This document shows, in pieces, positions 10,757 to 19,755 of a DNA stretch of 64,000 bases. Numbering within the stretch: position 1 is the first letter of the stretch; the number at the start of each line of letters is the position of its first letter. The translations under genes were made by a program, and so were the position numbers. The stretch is from Myxococcota bacterium (lineage in GTDB: Bacteria; Myxococcota_A; UBA796; UBA2385): NCBI GenBank assembly GCA_964226865.1, contig CAXQUZ010000757.1, positions 2,370 through 66,369 on the forward strand. Reading direction: 5' to 3'. Under the pieces are notes generated by a model. The model worked only from the letters and a program-made list of their open reading frames with translations, did no database searches and was not told the origin of the DNA.

Positions 10757-11737
10757 ATGCACACCCCCACGCCGCGCGCCAGCCCGCCCCTCCCCACCGG
10801 TTCCCGGGCGGCCCCTTCCCGCCGCCGTCCGTGCCCCGGCGGGGCCTGCGCCCGGGGGACGGGCCTCGTGCTCGCCCTGGTCCTGGGGCGGCCGGCCCAG
10901 GCCGAAGAGCTCGACGTGGCCCTGGCCCGCGACCTGGGCGACGGCCTCTTCGCCGCCGGCGACGCGGTCGGGGCGCTGCAGTGGTACCGCACGGCCCGCT
11001 GGCTCGAGCCCTCCGCGGCCGAGCTGCCGGGGGTCCAGGTGCGGGTGGGCATGGGCCTCGAGGCCACGGGCGACTTCGCCGCGGCCCAGGACTGGTACCG
11101 CCGGGTCGACCTCGGCGACCCCCAGCTGGCCCGGCTGCGGGCGGGCATCTGCGTCTCCCGGCTCGGGGCCCCGGACCGCGGGAATGCTGAGCTGGTCAGT
11201 CTCTCCGACGACTTCCCCGCGCTGCGGCCCACCGTCGACATGGTGCGCGGTGCGCTCTGGGTCGAGGCGGGCGCGCTCGACGCGGCGGCCCAGGCCTTCG
11301 CCGCCGTGCCGGCCGCCCACCCCCAGGGCCCCACGGCCGCCGGCATCGCCGCCCTCGCCGGCGCGCCGCCCCACCGCAAGAGCCCCGGGGTCGCCGCCGG
11401 CCTCAGCCTGCTGCCCGGCGCGGGCCAGATGTACGTGGGCCAGTGGGGCCGCGGCCTCGGCAGCCTCGCCATGGTGGGGGCCCTCTTCGGAGGGGCCTGG
11501 TGGACGACGAGCCAGGCCACGGCCACGGGGGCCGCGGGCTGGAGCACGGTGGCGGGGGGGCTGGGGGCCGCGGGCCTGGGCACCTGGAGCTGGACGGTGG
11601 TGCGGGCCTGGCGCTCGGCCGAGGGGGCCGCCGCCGAGGCGCGGGCCGCCCATGTCGCCGCGGTCCAGGAGCGTCTCGACACCCTGCTGCCCGAGATTCC
11701 GCTGGCACCCTCGCCCGACCAGCTCCAGGGCCTCTGA
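10757..11737 (+). CDS. TPR-like / membrane-anchored hypothetical protein
   Basis: 326 aa. Signal-like LVLALVLGRPAQA, TPR-like helices (GDAVGALQWYRTARWLEP, GDFAAAQDWYRRV), then LLPGAGQMYVGQWGRGLGSLAMVGALFGGAWW transmembrane segments. The true start is uncertain. Confidence 0.55.
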   Translation: MHTPTPRASPPLPTGSRAAPSRRRPCPGGACARGTGLVLALVLGRPAQAEELDVALARDLGDGLFAAGDAVGALQWYRTARWLEPSAAELPGVQVRVGMGLEATGDFAAAQDWYRRVDLGDPQLARLRAGICVSRLGAPDRGNAELVSLSDDFPALRPTVDMVRGALWVEAGALDAAAQAFAAVPAAHPQGPTAAGIAALAGAPPHRKSPGVAAGLSLLPGAGQMYVGQWGRGLGSLAMVGALFGGAWWTTSQATATGAAGWSTVAGGLGAAGLGTWSWTVVRAWRSAEGAAAEARAAHVAAVQERLDTLLPEIPLAPSPDQLQGL

Positions 11738-11809
11738 GCCGGCCCTGGGGTCTGCCAGGGCTGCGCAAAGTGTGGGGGCGGCGGCTGTCGGGAGGCCCCG
11801 GCCGGTGCG

Positions 11810-13186
11810 ATGGTGGGGGCATCCCCCCCGTGGGGGAGGACGCCCGCCGAGGTCCGCATCTCCCGCCGCGCCGCCCGCTCCCGCTTCCTGCGCCACGCCC
11901 TGGGCATCCTCGCCTGTGGCGCGCTGTTGGTGATGCTTCCCGGCGAGCTGCGGCTCCGGCTCAGCCGCGACTGGGGCGCCCAGGCCGAGGCCGCGGCCGA
12001 CGCCAAGCCCCTGTTCCTGACCACCCGCGCCGTGGCCCGCGGCGAGGACCCGACCGATCCGGCCGTGCTCCGCACCCTCGCGGGCTACCACCCCGTCTAC
12101 CGCCGGGCGCCGACCATCGCGGGCCCCGAGCCCACGGGCAAGGGCAGCCCCTTCGCCTCGATGTACCCGCCGACCCTGCCGACCCTCCTGGCGGCGGTGG
12201 CGCCGGAGCAGTGGTGGGACTTTGCGGGCTGGTGGCGCCACCTCGGCATGGTGCTGTTCCTCGGCGGCGGGGCGGCGGCCGGGGCAGCCGCCCGCCGGGC
12301 CCAGGGTCGGCTGGCGGGCACCCTCATCGGCCTCGCCGTGGCCCTGTGGTGCACCCCCGCTGTCGAGGTGGCCGTGCAGCTGGGCCAGGCCAACCTCCAC
12401 CTCGCCGGGGTGCTCGGGCTGCTGCTGCTCGCCCTGTCGCTGGGCTGGTCGGCGGTGGGCGGCGCGCTGCTGGCCCTCGGGGCCGCCGTGAAGCTCGCGC
12501 CGCTGGCGCTGGTGGGGGCGCTCGGCCTCGGCCGGCGCTGGGGGGCCCTGGCGGCGGGGGCGGTCACCGGCGGGGGGCTGCTGCTCTGGTCGGGTGATCA
12601 GATCGGCGTGGGCGCCGTCATTGCCGACGTCTGGGCCTCGGTGCGCTACGCCGGGGCGCTGACCCCCCCGTGGCTGGCGGACGGGGCGCCGGTGCCCCTG
12701 TGGCTGTGGAAGCTCTGGGCCCTGCGCACGGTCCACCTGGGGCTGGCCACGGCGGCCATCGCGCTGGTGGCCCTGTGGGGGGCCCCGGGGGACGACCGGC
12801 GGCTCGCGGGGGTGGGCGCGCTGGTCTGCGCCTGGGTGGCCCTCGTGGCGGCCCCGGGGGGTGTGGTCTACGGCCCGCTGCTGCTGCCCGCGATGGCCTG
12901 GCTGGCCGCCAGTGCCGTCGAGGGGCGCCGGCCGCTGCTCTCGCTGCTGCCCCTGCTTGTCGCGGCCCCCGTGGTGCACGGGCTCTGTGCCGGGGGCCCG
13001 GCCGGCCCGCTCGGGCCGCTGCCGCCGGCCGGGGCGCTGCTGGTCGCCGCCGCCGTGCTCTGGTGGGCCGTGGCCCTGCGGGTGGTGATCGCGGCCATGC
13101 CCCGCAGCGGGCCGGTCTGGCGGGCGGGCGCGCTAGGCCTCGGCCTCGGCAGCTCGGTGGCCGTGGTCGGCTGGATGGTGGCCTGA
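11810..13186 (+). CDS. DUF2029 / GT87-like polytopic glycosyltransferase (GT-C type)
   Basis: 458 aa with about 10 hydrophobic helices and the central GAAVKLAPLALVGALGLG motif seen in DUF2029 mannosyltransferase-like proteins. Confidence 0.65.
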   Translation: MVGASPPWGRTPAEVRISRRAARSRFLRHALGILACGALLVMLPGELRLRLSRDWGAQAEAAADAKPLFLTTRAVARGEDPTDPAVLRTLAGYHPVYRRAPTIAGPEPTGKGSPFASMYPPTLPTLLAAVAPEQWWDFAGWWRHLGMVLFLGGGAAAGAAARRAQGRLAGTLIGLAVALWCTPAVEVAVQLGQANLHLAGVLGLLLLALSLGWSAVGGALLALGAAVKLAPLALVGALGLGRRWGALAAGAVTGGGLLLWSGDQIGVGAVIADVWASVRYAGALTPPWLADGAPVPLWLWKLWALRTVHLGLATAAIALVALWGAPGDDRRLAGVGALVCAWVALVAAPGGVVYGPLLLPAMAWLAASAVEGRRPLLSLLPLLVAAPVVHGLCAGGPAGPLGPLPPAGALLVAAAVLWWAVALRVVIAAMPRSGPVWRAGALGLGLGSSVAVVGWMVA

Positions 13187-13276
13187 GCGGGGCCCGCCCG
13201 GGCCCTGGCGCGGGGGGCCGGCCGCGGGCGGCCCTGGTCAGGCACGGGCCGGCCGAGTAGGGGCGGCCCCGAGGGA

Positions 13277-14161
13277 GTGCCCATGTCCACCGACCCCCCC
13301 GCCGTCTCGCCCGCCCGGCGCGTCTTCTTCGTCGGGGGCCCGCCCAAGTCCGGCACCACCTGGCTCCAGCACCTCCTCGCCGCCCACCCGGCGCTGGCCT
13401 GCCGGGGCGAGGGCCACCTCACCGGCACCCTCGTGCCCGTGCTCAAGGCCGCCCTCGAGGGCTACAACCAGAAGATCCAGGCCGACAACACGGGCCTCTT
13501 CGCCGAGACCGCCGGCTTCCCCACCTTCGGCGAGCCCCAGCTCCGCGCCGTGGTGCGCGCCGCGGCGACGGCCCTGCTCGACCAGGTGGCCGCAGCGGCG
13601 CCCGGCGCGGTGGCCGTGGGCGAGAAGACCCCCGCCAACATGGCCGCGCTGCCGCTGCTCGACTGGATCTTTCCCGGCTGCGCCCTCGTCTGCACCGTGC
13701 GGGACCCGCGCGACGGCTTCGCCTCGAACTGGCGCCAGACCCTGCGGGTGAACCCGGCCTACATCGAAGAGGTCCACAAGGGCGAGATGGCCAGCTTCGC
13801 TCGCCTCTACGGGCGCCAGTGGGCGCGCATGGTCCAGGCCGGCATGGCGGCGGCCGAGGCGGCCCCCGGGCGGGTCGCGCTGCTGCGCTACGAAGATCTC
13901 CACGCGGCCCCCGACGACGTGCTGCGCCCGGTCTTTGCCATGCTCGGCGTCGCCGCAGACCCGGCCACGGTCGCCGCCTGCGTGGCCGCCGCGTCCTTCT
14001 CCCGCCTCAGCGGGGGCCGGCGCCGGGGCGCCGAGAGCGGCGCCAGCTTCTTCCGCAAGGGCGTGGTCGGAGACTGGCGAAACACCCTCCAAGATGACGC
14101 AGTGGAAGCCATCTTGGGCGAGGTGGGCCCCCTCATGGCCCGGTGGCGCTACCCGGTCTGA
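13277..14161 (+). CDS. Sulfotransferase family protein
   Basis: 294 aa. 5'-PSB loop FFVGGPPKSGTTWLQHLL; later RDPRDGFAS and FFRKGVVGDWRN (3'-PB-like) motifs. Confidence 0.8.
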   Translation: MPMSTDPPAVSPARRVFFVGGPPKSGTTWLQHLLAAHPALACRGEGHLTGTLVPVLKAALEGYNQKIQADNTGLFAETAGFPTFGEPQLRAVVRAAATALLDQVAAAAPGAVAVGEKTPANMAALPLLDWIFPGCALVCTVRDPRDGFASNWRQTLRVNPAYIEEVHKGEMASFARLYGRQWARMVQAGMAAAEAAPGRVALLRYEDLHAAPDDVLRPVFAMLGVAADPATVAACVAAASFSRLSGGRRRGAESGASFFRKGVVGDWRNTLQDDAVEAILGEVGPLMARWRYPV

Positions 14162-14462
14162 GGCCGGTGGCCCGCCCCCCTGGGTGGTCCCCCCCGTCTC
14201 CCCCCCGCGCTGCCCGAGAGAACCCGCCGGGACCTGACCGTCGACAGGGGCGGCGGGCCCGGGCGCGTGTAGAACCAGGGGCCGGTCGCGGGGTCGGCCC
14301 GCGGCCCCGTGGGACCGTCTGCCCTGCCGCGCCCCCGTGGGCGTCTCTCCGCCCGGGTTCCCCGTCCGCACCCAAGCCTGCCCCCCAAGGTCCGGCCCCG
14401 CCCGTGGCCCCGCCCGTGGCCCCGCCGCAGCCCGTCGTCCCCCTGTGTCTCTCGGAGCCCCC

Positions 14463-15347
14463 ATGCGCACCGCACTCTTGTTCTTCCTCGCGGCCTGCAG
14501 CACGGGCGCCCCCACCAAGGCGGACGGCACCACCAGCGGCGCGGACGGGAGCGACGGCACCGACGGCACCGACGGCACCGACGGCACCGACGGCACCGAC
14601 GGCACCCGCACCGTCCAGCTCGCCCTCGTCGTCGACGGGGCCCCCTTCGTCTGCGGCGAGAGCCTCTCTCTCAACGGCAGCACCGTCAGCTTCGACGACA
14701 TGCGCTTCTACCTGAGCCTGCCCACGGCCACCGACGCCGACGGCGCCGCCCTCGCGCTGTCGATTCCCGAGGCCAGCCCCTGGCAGGGCCAGGGCGTCGT
14801 GCTCGTCGACTTCGAGGACGGCTGCCGCGCGGGCACGGCCGAGACCAACACGGCCATCACCCTCGCGGGCCCCGCCGGCACCTGGCACGACCTCGGCTTC
14901 ACCATGGGGGTGCCCTTCGACGTGAACCACATCGACCCGGCCACGGCCCCGGCCCCCCTCAACGTGAGCTCGATGTTCTGGAGCTGGGCGGCGGGCTACA
15001 AGTTCCTCAAGGTCGACGGTGCGTCCACGGGCCAGCCCGGCGGCTTCTCGCTCCACGTCGGCAGCACCCTCTGCGAGCAGGACGAGGCCGGCGAAGTGAC
15101 GGGCTGCACCAACGAGAACCGCGTCGCCTTCACGGCACCGGGCGCCTTCGACCCCGACAGCAACACCCTCCAGATCGACCTCGCCGCCATGGTCGAGGGC
15201 CTCGACTTCGACACCAACACCGCCGACACGGCCCCCCTGTGCATGTCGGCGCCCAACGACCCCGACTGTGCCCCCCTCTTCGAGAACCTCGGCCTCGCCT
15301 TCGACGGCGTGCCCGGCACGGTCCCCACCTTCGCCACGGTCCAGTGA
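14463..15347 (+). CDS. MbnP-like copper-binding lipoprotein (WxW / multi-Cys 'metallo-mystery pair' protein)
   Basis: In-frame ATG at 14463. Lipobox LFFLAAC. FWSWAAGYKFLKVDG (WxW motif) and paired Cys (FVCGES, DGCRAG, STLCEQ..TGCTNE, PLCMSAPNDPDC). The stop overlaps the MbnH-like start (TGATG). Confidence 0.8.
   Translation: MRTALLFFLAACSTGAPTKADGTTSGADGSDGTDGTDGTDGTDGTDGTRTVQLALVVDGAPFVCGESLSLNGSTVSFDDMRFYLSLPTATDADGAALALSIPEASPWQGQGVVLVDFEDGCRAGTAETNTAITLAGPAGTWHDLGFTMGVPFDVNHIDPATAPAPLNVSSMFWSWAAGYKFLKVDGASTGQPGGFSLHVGSTLCEQDEAGEVTGCTNENRVAFTAPGAFDPDSNTLQIDLAAMVEGLDFDTNTADTAPLCMSAPNDPDCAPLFENLGLAFDGVPGTVPTFATVQ
14566..14610 (+). repeat. Perfect 9-bp tandem repeat (GGCACCGAC)x5 inside the MbnP-like gene
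   Basis: Read directly. Encodes (GTD)5 in the linker after the lipobox, flanked by degenerate copies (GADGSD before it, GTR after it). Confidence 0.9.
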
Positions 15348-16531
15348 TGCCCCCGGCCCCGTCCCGCGCCCCACTCCCGCACGCCGTGCTGGCCCTGGCG
15401 CTGCTCGGGGCCTGTGCCGACGACGGCCGGGCGAAGGGGGTGCCCTCCACAGACGCGCAGGCGGCGGCCTTCAGCTGGTCGCTGCCCCTCGGGCTGCCCG
15501 AGCCGCCCGTGCCTGACGACAACCCCATGACGGAGGCCAAGGTCGAGCTCGGCCGCCACCTCTTCTACGAGCCCCGGCTCAGCGTCAACGGCGAGAGCTC
15601 CTGCGGCAGCTGCCACCTGCCCTCGCTCTCCTTCACCGACGGCCGGGCCCAGGCCGAGGGCACGACGGGCGAGCTCCACCGCCGCAGCGCCATGAGCCTC
15701 GTCAACGTCGCCTACAACACCAGCTACACCTGGTCCAACGACCTCATCCTCGACCTCGAACACCAGGCCCTCGGCCCCCTCTTCGGCACGGATCCCATCG
15801 AGCTGGGGCTGGCCGATCTGGAGGACGACCGGCTGGACGAGTTCGCCGAAGATGACCTCTACATCGAGCTCTTCACCGCCGCCTTCCCCGAGCAGGACGA
15901 CCCCTTCACCCTCGACGCCCTGCTCAAGGCCCTGGCCAGCTTCCAGCGCACCCTGCTCGTCGGCGACACCCCCTACGACCAGTACGTCTCGGGGGGCGAC
16001 CCCGGCGCCATGAGCCAGCTCGCCAAGGACGGCGCGGCGCTGTTCAACTCCGAGCGCCTCGAGTGCTACCACTGCCACGGCGGCTTCAATTTCAGCGACG
16101 CCGCCGCCTCGGCCGAGACGCCCTTCATCGAGATGGCCTTCCACAACAACGGCCTCTACAACCTCGACGGCGACGGCGCCTACCCCGCCCGCGACCAGGG
16201 CCTCATCGAGGTCACCGGCGACCCGCGCGACATGGGCGCCTTCAGGGCCCCGAGCCTGCGCAACATCACCCTCACGGCCCCCTACATGCACGACGGCTCG
16301 ATCGCCGACCTCGACGGGGTGCTCGACCACTACGCCGCCGCGGGCCGCACCATCGACAGCGGCCCCGACGCGGGGGTGGGGGCCGACAGCCCCCTCAAGA
16401 GCCCCTTCCTCATCGGCTTCACCCTCAGCGAGGGCGAGCGCGCGGCCATGCACGCCTTCTTCGCGGCCATCAGCAACGAGGCGGCCCTCCAAGACGAGCG
16501 CTTCTCCGACCCCTTCGGCCGGCTCGAGTAG
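15347..16531 (+). CDS. MbnH-like di-haem cytochrome c peroxidase family enzyme
   Basis: 394 aa from ATG 15347. Two haem motifs, CGSCH and CYHCH. FRAPSLRNITLTAPYMHDGS, typical of the CCP/MauG/MbnH family. Lipoprotein-like signal LALALLGAC. Confidence 0.9.
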   Translation: MPPAPSRAPLPHAVLALALLGACADDGRAKGVPSTDAQAAAFSWSLPLGLPEPPVPDDNPMTEAKVELGRHLFYEPRLSVNGESSCGSCHLPSLSFTDGRAQAEGTTGELHRRSAMSLVNVAYNTSYTWSNDLILDLEHQALGPLFGTDPIELGLADLEDDRLDEFAEDDLYIELFTAAFPEQDDPFTLDALLKALASFQRTLLVGDTPYDQYVSGGDPGAMSQLAKDGAALFNSERLECYHCHGGFNFSDAAASAETPFIEMAFHNNGLYNLDGDGAYPARDQGLIEVTGDPRDMGAFRAPSLRNITLTAPYMHDGSIADLDGVLDHYAAAGRTIDSGPDAGVGADSPLKSPFLIGFTLSEGERAAMHAFFAAISNEAALQDERFSDPFGRLE

Positions 16532-16570
16532 GCCCGCGGCGCGCGCCCGGGCCCCCGCTGGTCTGCGCTC

Positions 16571-17122
16571 TCAGTCGCCGGGGGGCAGCTTGGCCAGCTT
16601 GCGCTGGAGGGTGCGGCGGTGGAGCCCGAGCCGCCGGGCCGCCTCCGAGATGTTGTGGTCACAGTCGGCCATCACCCGCTGGATGTGTTCCCACTCGGCC
16701 CGGGCCAGCGAGGGCGCCCGGTAGTCCTCGGGCACCTCGGGCGCGGGGCCCTTCGTGCGCCGCAGGGCCGCCAGCACCATGTCGGCGTCCGCCGGCTTGG
16801 CCAGCACGTCGACGGCCCCCCGGTGGACCGCCTCGACCGCCGTGGGGATCGAGCCGTAGCCCGTGAGCAGCACCACCCGGACCGCCGGCGCCCGGGCGAT
16901 CAGCGCCGGCAGCAGCTCGAGGCCCGAGCCGCCGGGCATGCGCAGGTCGACCACCGCGAGGTCGGGCACGAGGCCCGCGTCGACCAGGGCCAGGGCCGCC
17001 GCGGGGCTGTCGGCGCCGTGGGCATCGAGGCCCCGCCGGGCGAAGGCCCGCACCATGCGCGGCCGCAGCCGGTGGTCGTCGTCGACGACGAGGATGGTCT
17101 CCCTGGGGTCATGCGCGGGCAT
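16571..17122 (-). CDS. regA: Response regulator, RegA/PrrA/ActR type (REC + Fis-type HTH)
   Basis: 183 aa from ATG 17122 (MPAHDPRETILVVDDD). LAVVDLRMPGGSG phospho-acceptor region. C-terminal NISEAARRLGLHRRTLQRKLAK. Confidence 0.88.
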   Translation of the reverse strand: MPAHDPRETILVVDDDHRLRPRMVRAFARRGLDAHGADSPAAALALVDAGLVPDLAVVDLRMPGGSGLELLPALIARAPAVRVVLLTGYGSIPTAVEAVHRGAVDVLAKPADADMVLAALRRTKGPAPEVPEDYRAPSLARAEWEHIQRVMADCDHNISEAARRLGLHRRTLQRKLAKLPPGD

Positions 17123-18338
17123 CGGCGTCCTCCGGGCGCAGGGCGGGGGGCACGGGCAGGCTGAGCACGGCCCGGGTGCCGGCGCCCGGGCGCGAGTCGA
17201 GGTGGAGGCTTCCGCCGAGGGCCGCCGCGACCGAGTGGACGAAGAAGAGGCCGAGCCCCGTGCCCTGGCCGTCGGCCTTGGTGGTGAAGAAGGGCTCGCA
17301 GGCCCGGGCGAGCACGGCGGGCGCCATGCCCGGGCCCGTGTCTTCGACGGTGAAGGTGACGGCGCGCTCGCTGCGGGTGGCCGTGAGGCGCACGGGGACG
17401 CCGGGGCCCTGGGCGTCCCGGGCGTTGCCCACGAGGCGCCGGAGGGCCTGGACCACGAGCCGCCGCGGCAGGGGCACGCGGAGCTCGGGGGCCACGACCA
17501 CCACGTCGGTCGCGCCGCGCACCACCCGGTCGAGGAAGGCGGGCAGCGCCACGGGCACGGGGGTCTCGCCCATGCCCTGGCCCGCGTCGGCCGCCAGCTG
17601 GTGCAGGATGTCTTGGCAGCGGGCGACCTCTTCGCGCACCAGCAGGGCATCCTCGACGGTCTCTTCGTCGTCGGCGCGCTGCTCCAGCTCGCGGGCCACC
17701 ACGAGGATGGTCGACAGGGGCGTCGCGAGCTCGTGGGCGGCGCCGGCCGCGAGGGTGGCGAGGGCGGCCAGGCGCTCGGTGCGGGCCTGGAGCGCCCGGG
17801 CCTGGTGCTCCTGGGCCTCGGCCCGGGCCGTGACCCGGCGGGCATGGAGCAGGGCGAGGGCCACGATGGGCCCCGCCGCGGCGTAGACGGCGAACATGCC
17901 GACGAGGTGGCCCGCCATGCCCGCGTGGCCCATGTGGGGGCTCGGGGCGAGGCCGAAGAGGCTGCCGTAGCCGAGGCCCGTGGCGGCGAAGATGCCCCAG
18001 ACCTGGACGGGCGGCAGCACGAGGGCCGCGACGATGACGGGCACGATGTAGAGGCCCACCAGCGGGTTGCCCACGCCGCCCGAGACCGCGAGGATGGCCG
18101 TCAGCGCGATGGTGTCGACAAAGAGCAGCGGACCGTGGAGGACCGGGCGGCGCCCGAGCAGCGCCCCGGCGAGGGCCATGACCGCCCCGGCCCCGAGCGC
18201 CGTGAGCCCCATCGCGAGCACCCCGCCCTGGACCAGCGCCCCCACCCCGGCGGTGGCCGTCAGCGCCGCGAGGGCCTGGTGGCCGCGCAGCCAGTCGGCA
18301 GCGGGCAGCAGGGGCGGGTGGGTGGCGGGAGGCGTCAC
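17109..18338 (-). CDS. regB: Sensor histidine kinase, RegB/PrrB/ActS type
   Basis: 409 aa. Six N-terminal transmembrane helices including GGVGNPL (resembles the RegB GGxxNPF quinone box). H-box AAHELATPLSTI. G-boxes DTGPGM and GTGLGLF. Overlaps regA by 14 nt. Confidence 0.85.
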   Translation of the reverse strand: MTPPATHPPLLPAADWLRGHQALAALTATAGVGALVQGGVLAMGLTALGAGAVMALAGALLGRRPVLHGPLLFVDTIALTAILAVSGGVGNPLVGLYIVPVIVAALVLPPVQVWGIFAATGLGYGSLFGLAPSPHMGHAGMAGHLVGMFAVYAAAGPIVALALLHARRVTARAEAQEHQARALQARTERLAALATLAAGAAHELATPLSTILVVARELEQRADDEETVEDALLVREEVARCQDILHQLAADAGQGMGETPVPVALPAFLDRVVRGATDVVVVAPELRVPLPRRLVVQALRRLVGNARDAQGPGVPVRLTATRSERAVTFTVEDTGPGMAPAVLARACEPFFTTKADGQGTGLGLFFVHSVAAALGGSLHLDSRPGAGTRAVLSLPVPPALRPEDADARA

Positions 18339-19063
18339 GGGCGCGATCCCGCGGCGGGCCAGGCGGCGATGACCCGGTTCTTGGGCGTGATGACCGCGGG
18401 CAGCTCGCTCCAGCGGGTCTGGTAGCCGGCGGCGTGGAGCCGGTAGGTGCGGTGGACGTCGGTGGCGAGGTCGAGGCCCAGCGCCCGGCCGAGGGTCGGG
18501 GGCCCCGGCAGCTGGGACTTCTGGTGGCAGCAGGGCACGAGGGCGACGGGCCCCCGGGCAGCGAGGGCCCGGTCGATGACCGCGTCGGTGGCGCCGCCGC
18601 AGGCGTGGATGCCCAGCACGGCCGCCCCCTCGGGCACGTCCACCGTGTCGAGGCCCGCCTCGACGAAGGCCACCTTCGGGGCGAGCCAGGGGGCCACGGG
18701 CGCGAGGGCCGCGAGCACCCGGTCGACGCTCTCGGGCCGCTGGCGGTCGACCAGCAGCACCCGGTCGACGTCGCGCTGGAGCACCCCGTAGAGCACCCCC
18801 ACCAGCCCGTGGCCGCAGCAGAGGTCGACCACCACCGGCGCCCGCACCCGCTTGCGCACGTGGGCGAAGACCTCGAAGCTCTCGAGCAGCTCCTTGAAGG
18901 GCACGGCCTGGGCCACGAGCAGGGCCCGGGCCAGCTTGTCGACGAGCCCGTCCCCGTCGAACCAGGGCATCACCTTGTCGATGGGCCGCGCCCGGGACCA
19001 GGGCACGAGGGGCAAGGTGGCGGGATCGATGCGGGGGAAGGCCTTCAGGCGGTCGGAGGACAT
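18335..19063 (-). CDS. SAM-dependent methyltransferase-like protein
   Basis: 242 aa. Motif I-like VVVDLCCGHGLVG, then VLLVDR and LGIHACGGATD. The stop overlaps the regB GTG start (GTGA). Confidence 0.65.
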   Translation of the reverse strand: MSSDRLKAFPRIDPATLPLVPWSRARPIDKVMPWFDGDGLVDKLARALLVAQAVPFKELLESFEVFAHVRKRVRAPVVVDLCCGHGLVGVLYGVLQRDVDRVLLVDRQRPESVDRVLAALAPVAPWLAPKVAFVEAGLDTVDVPEGAAVLGIHACGGATDAVIDRALAARGPVALVPCCHQKSQLPGPPTLGRALGLDLATDVHRTYRLHAAGYQTRWSELPAVITPKNRVIAAWPAAGSRP

Positions 19064-19106
19064 GGGGCCCGCTATCGCGCAGCGGCGCCCCGGGCCCCGG
19101 ACGAGA

Positions 19107-19484
19107 TCAGCCCTCGGCCCGGGGGGCGTCGAGCATGGCCTGGAAGCTGCCGTCGGCGATGGCGGCCCGGAGCCGGTCGTTGCCGCCGATGAGGGTGCCC
19201 TTGACGAAGACCTGGGGGAAGGTGGGCCAGCCCGACCACATCTTGATGGCCAGCCGGGGCTTCCACTCCGAGAGGTAGCCCCCGTAGTTCAGGCAGTGGG
19301 GGGTGACGCCGGCCTCGGTGGCCGCCGCGTGGGCCTTCTTCACGAAGGGGTTCACGGCCATGCCCACGATGACCACGTCGTGGGCGGCGATGGCGGCGAT
19401 GATCTCGTCCAGGACGGCGGCGTGGAACTCGTTCTGGGCGGCATCGACCGCCGGGGAGACAGGGGGGGCGGGGGGACGGGCCAT
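19107..19484 (-). CDS. Monothiol-glutaredoxin-like protein lacking the active-site cysteine
   Basis: ORF 19107..19532 trimmed to ATG 19484 (MARPPAPP). Grx fold motifs HDVVIVGMAVNPFVKKA (in place of P-x-CGFS) and WPTFPQVFVKGTLIGGND. Confidence 0.6.
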   Translation of the reverse strand: MARPPAPPVSPAVDAAQNEFHAAVLDEIIAAIAAHDVVIVGMAVNPFVKKAHAAATEAGVTPHCLNYGGYLSEWKPRLAIKMWSGWPTFPQVFVKGTLIGGNDRLRAAIADGSFQAMLDAPRAEG

Positions 19485-19635
19485 GGGGGTCTCCAGCAGG
19501 CAGGGCACAGGCCCCGGAGGCACCGTCCACACGACCGGCCCCGGGTCGCCCGGCCCCTATCGCAGGGCCGGCGCCGTGCCCCCCCCCGTTGGGCCGCCGA
19601 CCGGGTGCCCGCCAAGGGCAAGGAACCGGCGCCCC

Positions 19636-19678
19636 ATCTATTCTTGATTAGATGCTTGCTGAAGCATTGCGCTTCAGC
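19636..19678. promoter_or_regulatory. AT-rich island with two inverted repeats in the divergent intergenic region
   Basis: ATCTA-N8-TAGAT (19636-19653) and GCTGAAGC-ATTGC-GCTTCAGC (19658-19678), in the only AT-rich stretch between the Grx-like gene and the DUF2087 gene. A C9 run lies at 19579-19587. Confidence 0.4.
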
Positions 19679-19755
19679 GTAGACGTTCCCGTGCACCATC
19701 CACGCTGTAGACCCCGCGGCCCGCGCCGCCCCCCCCCTCGCGCCCGGAGCGCCCC

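Noticed and set aside
14566-14610. Tandem repeats (here, and the P-G-x-V repeat at 31255-31474) as a CRISPR array
   Set aside because: The units are 9 bp or about 21 bp, contiguous without spacers, in frame inside coding sequences, and no cas genes are present.
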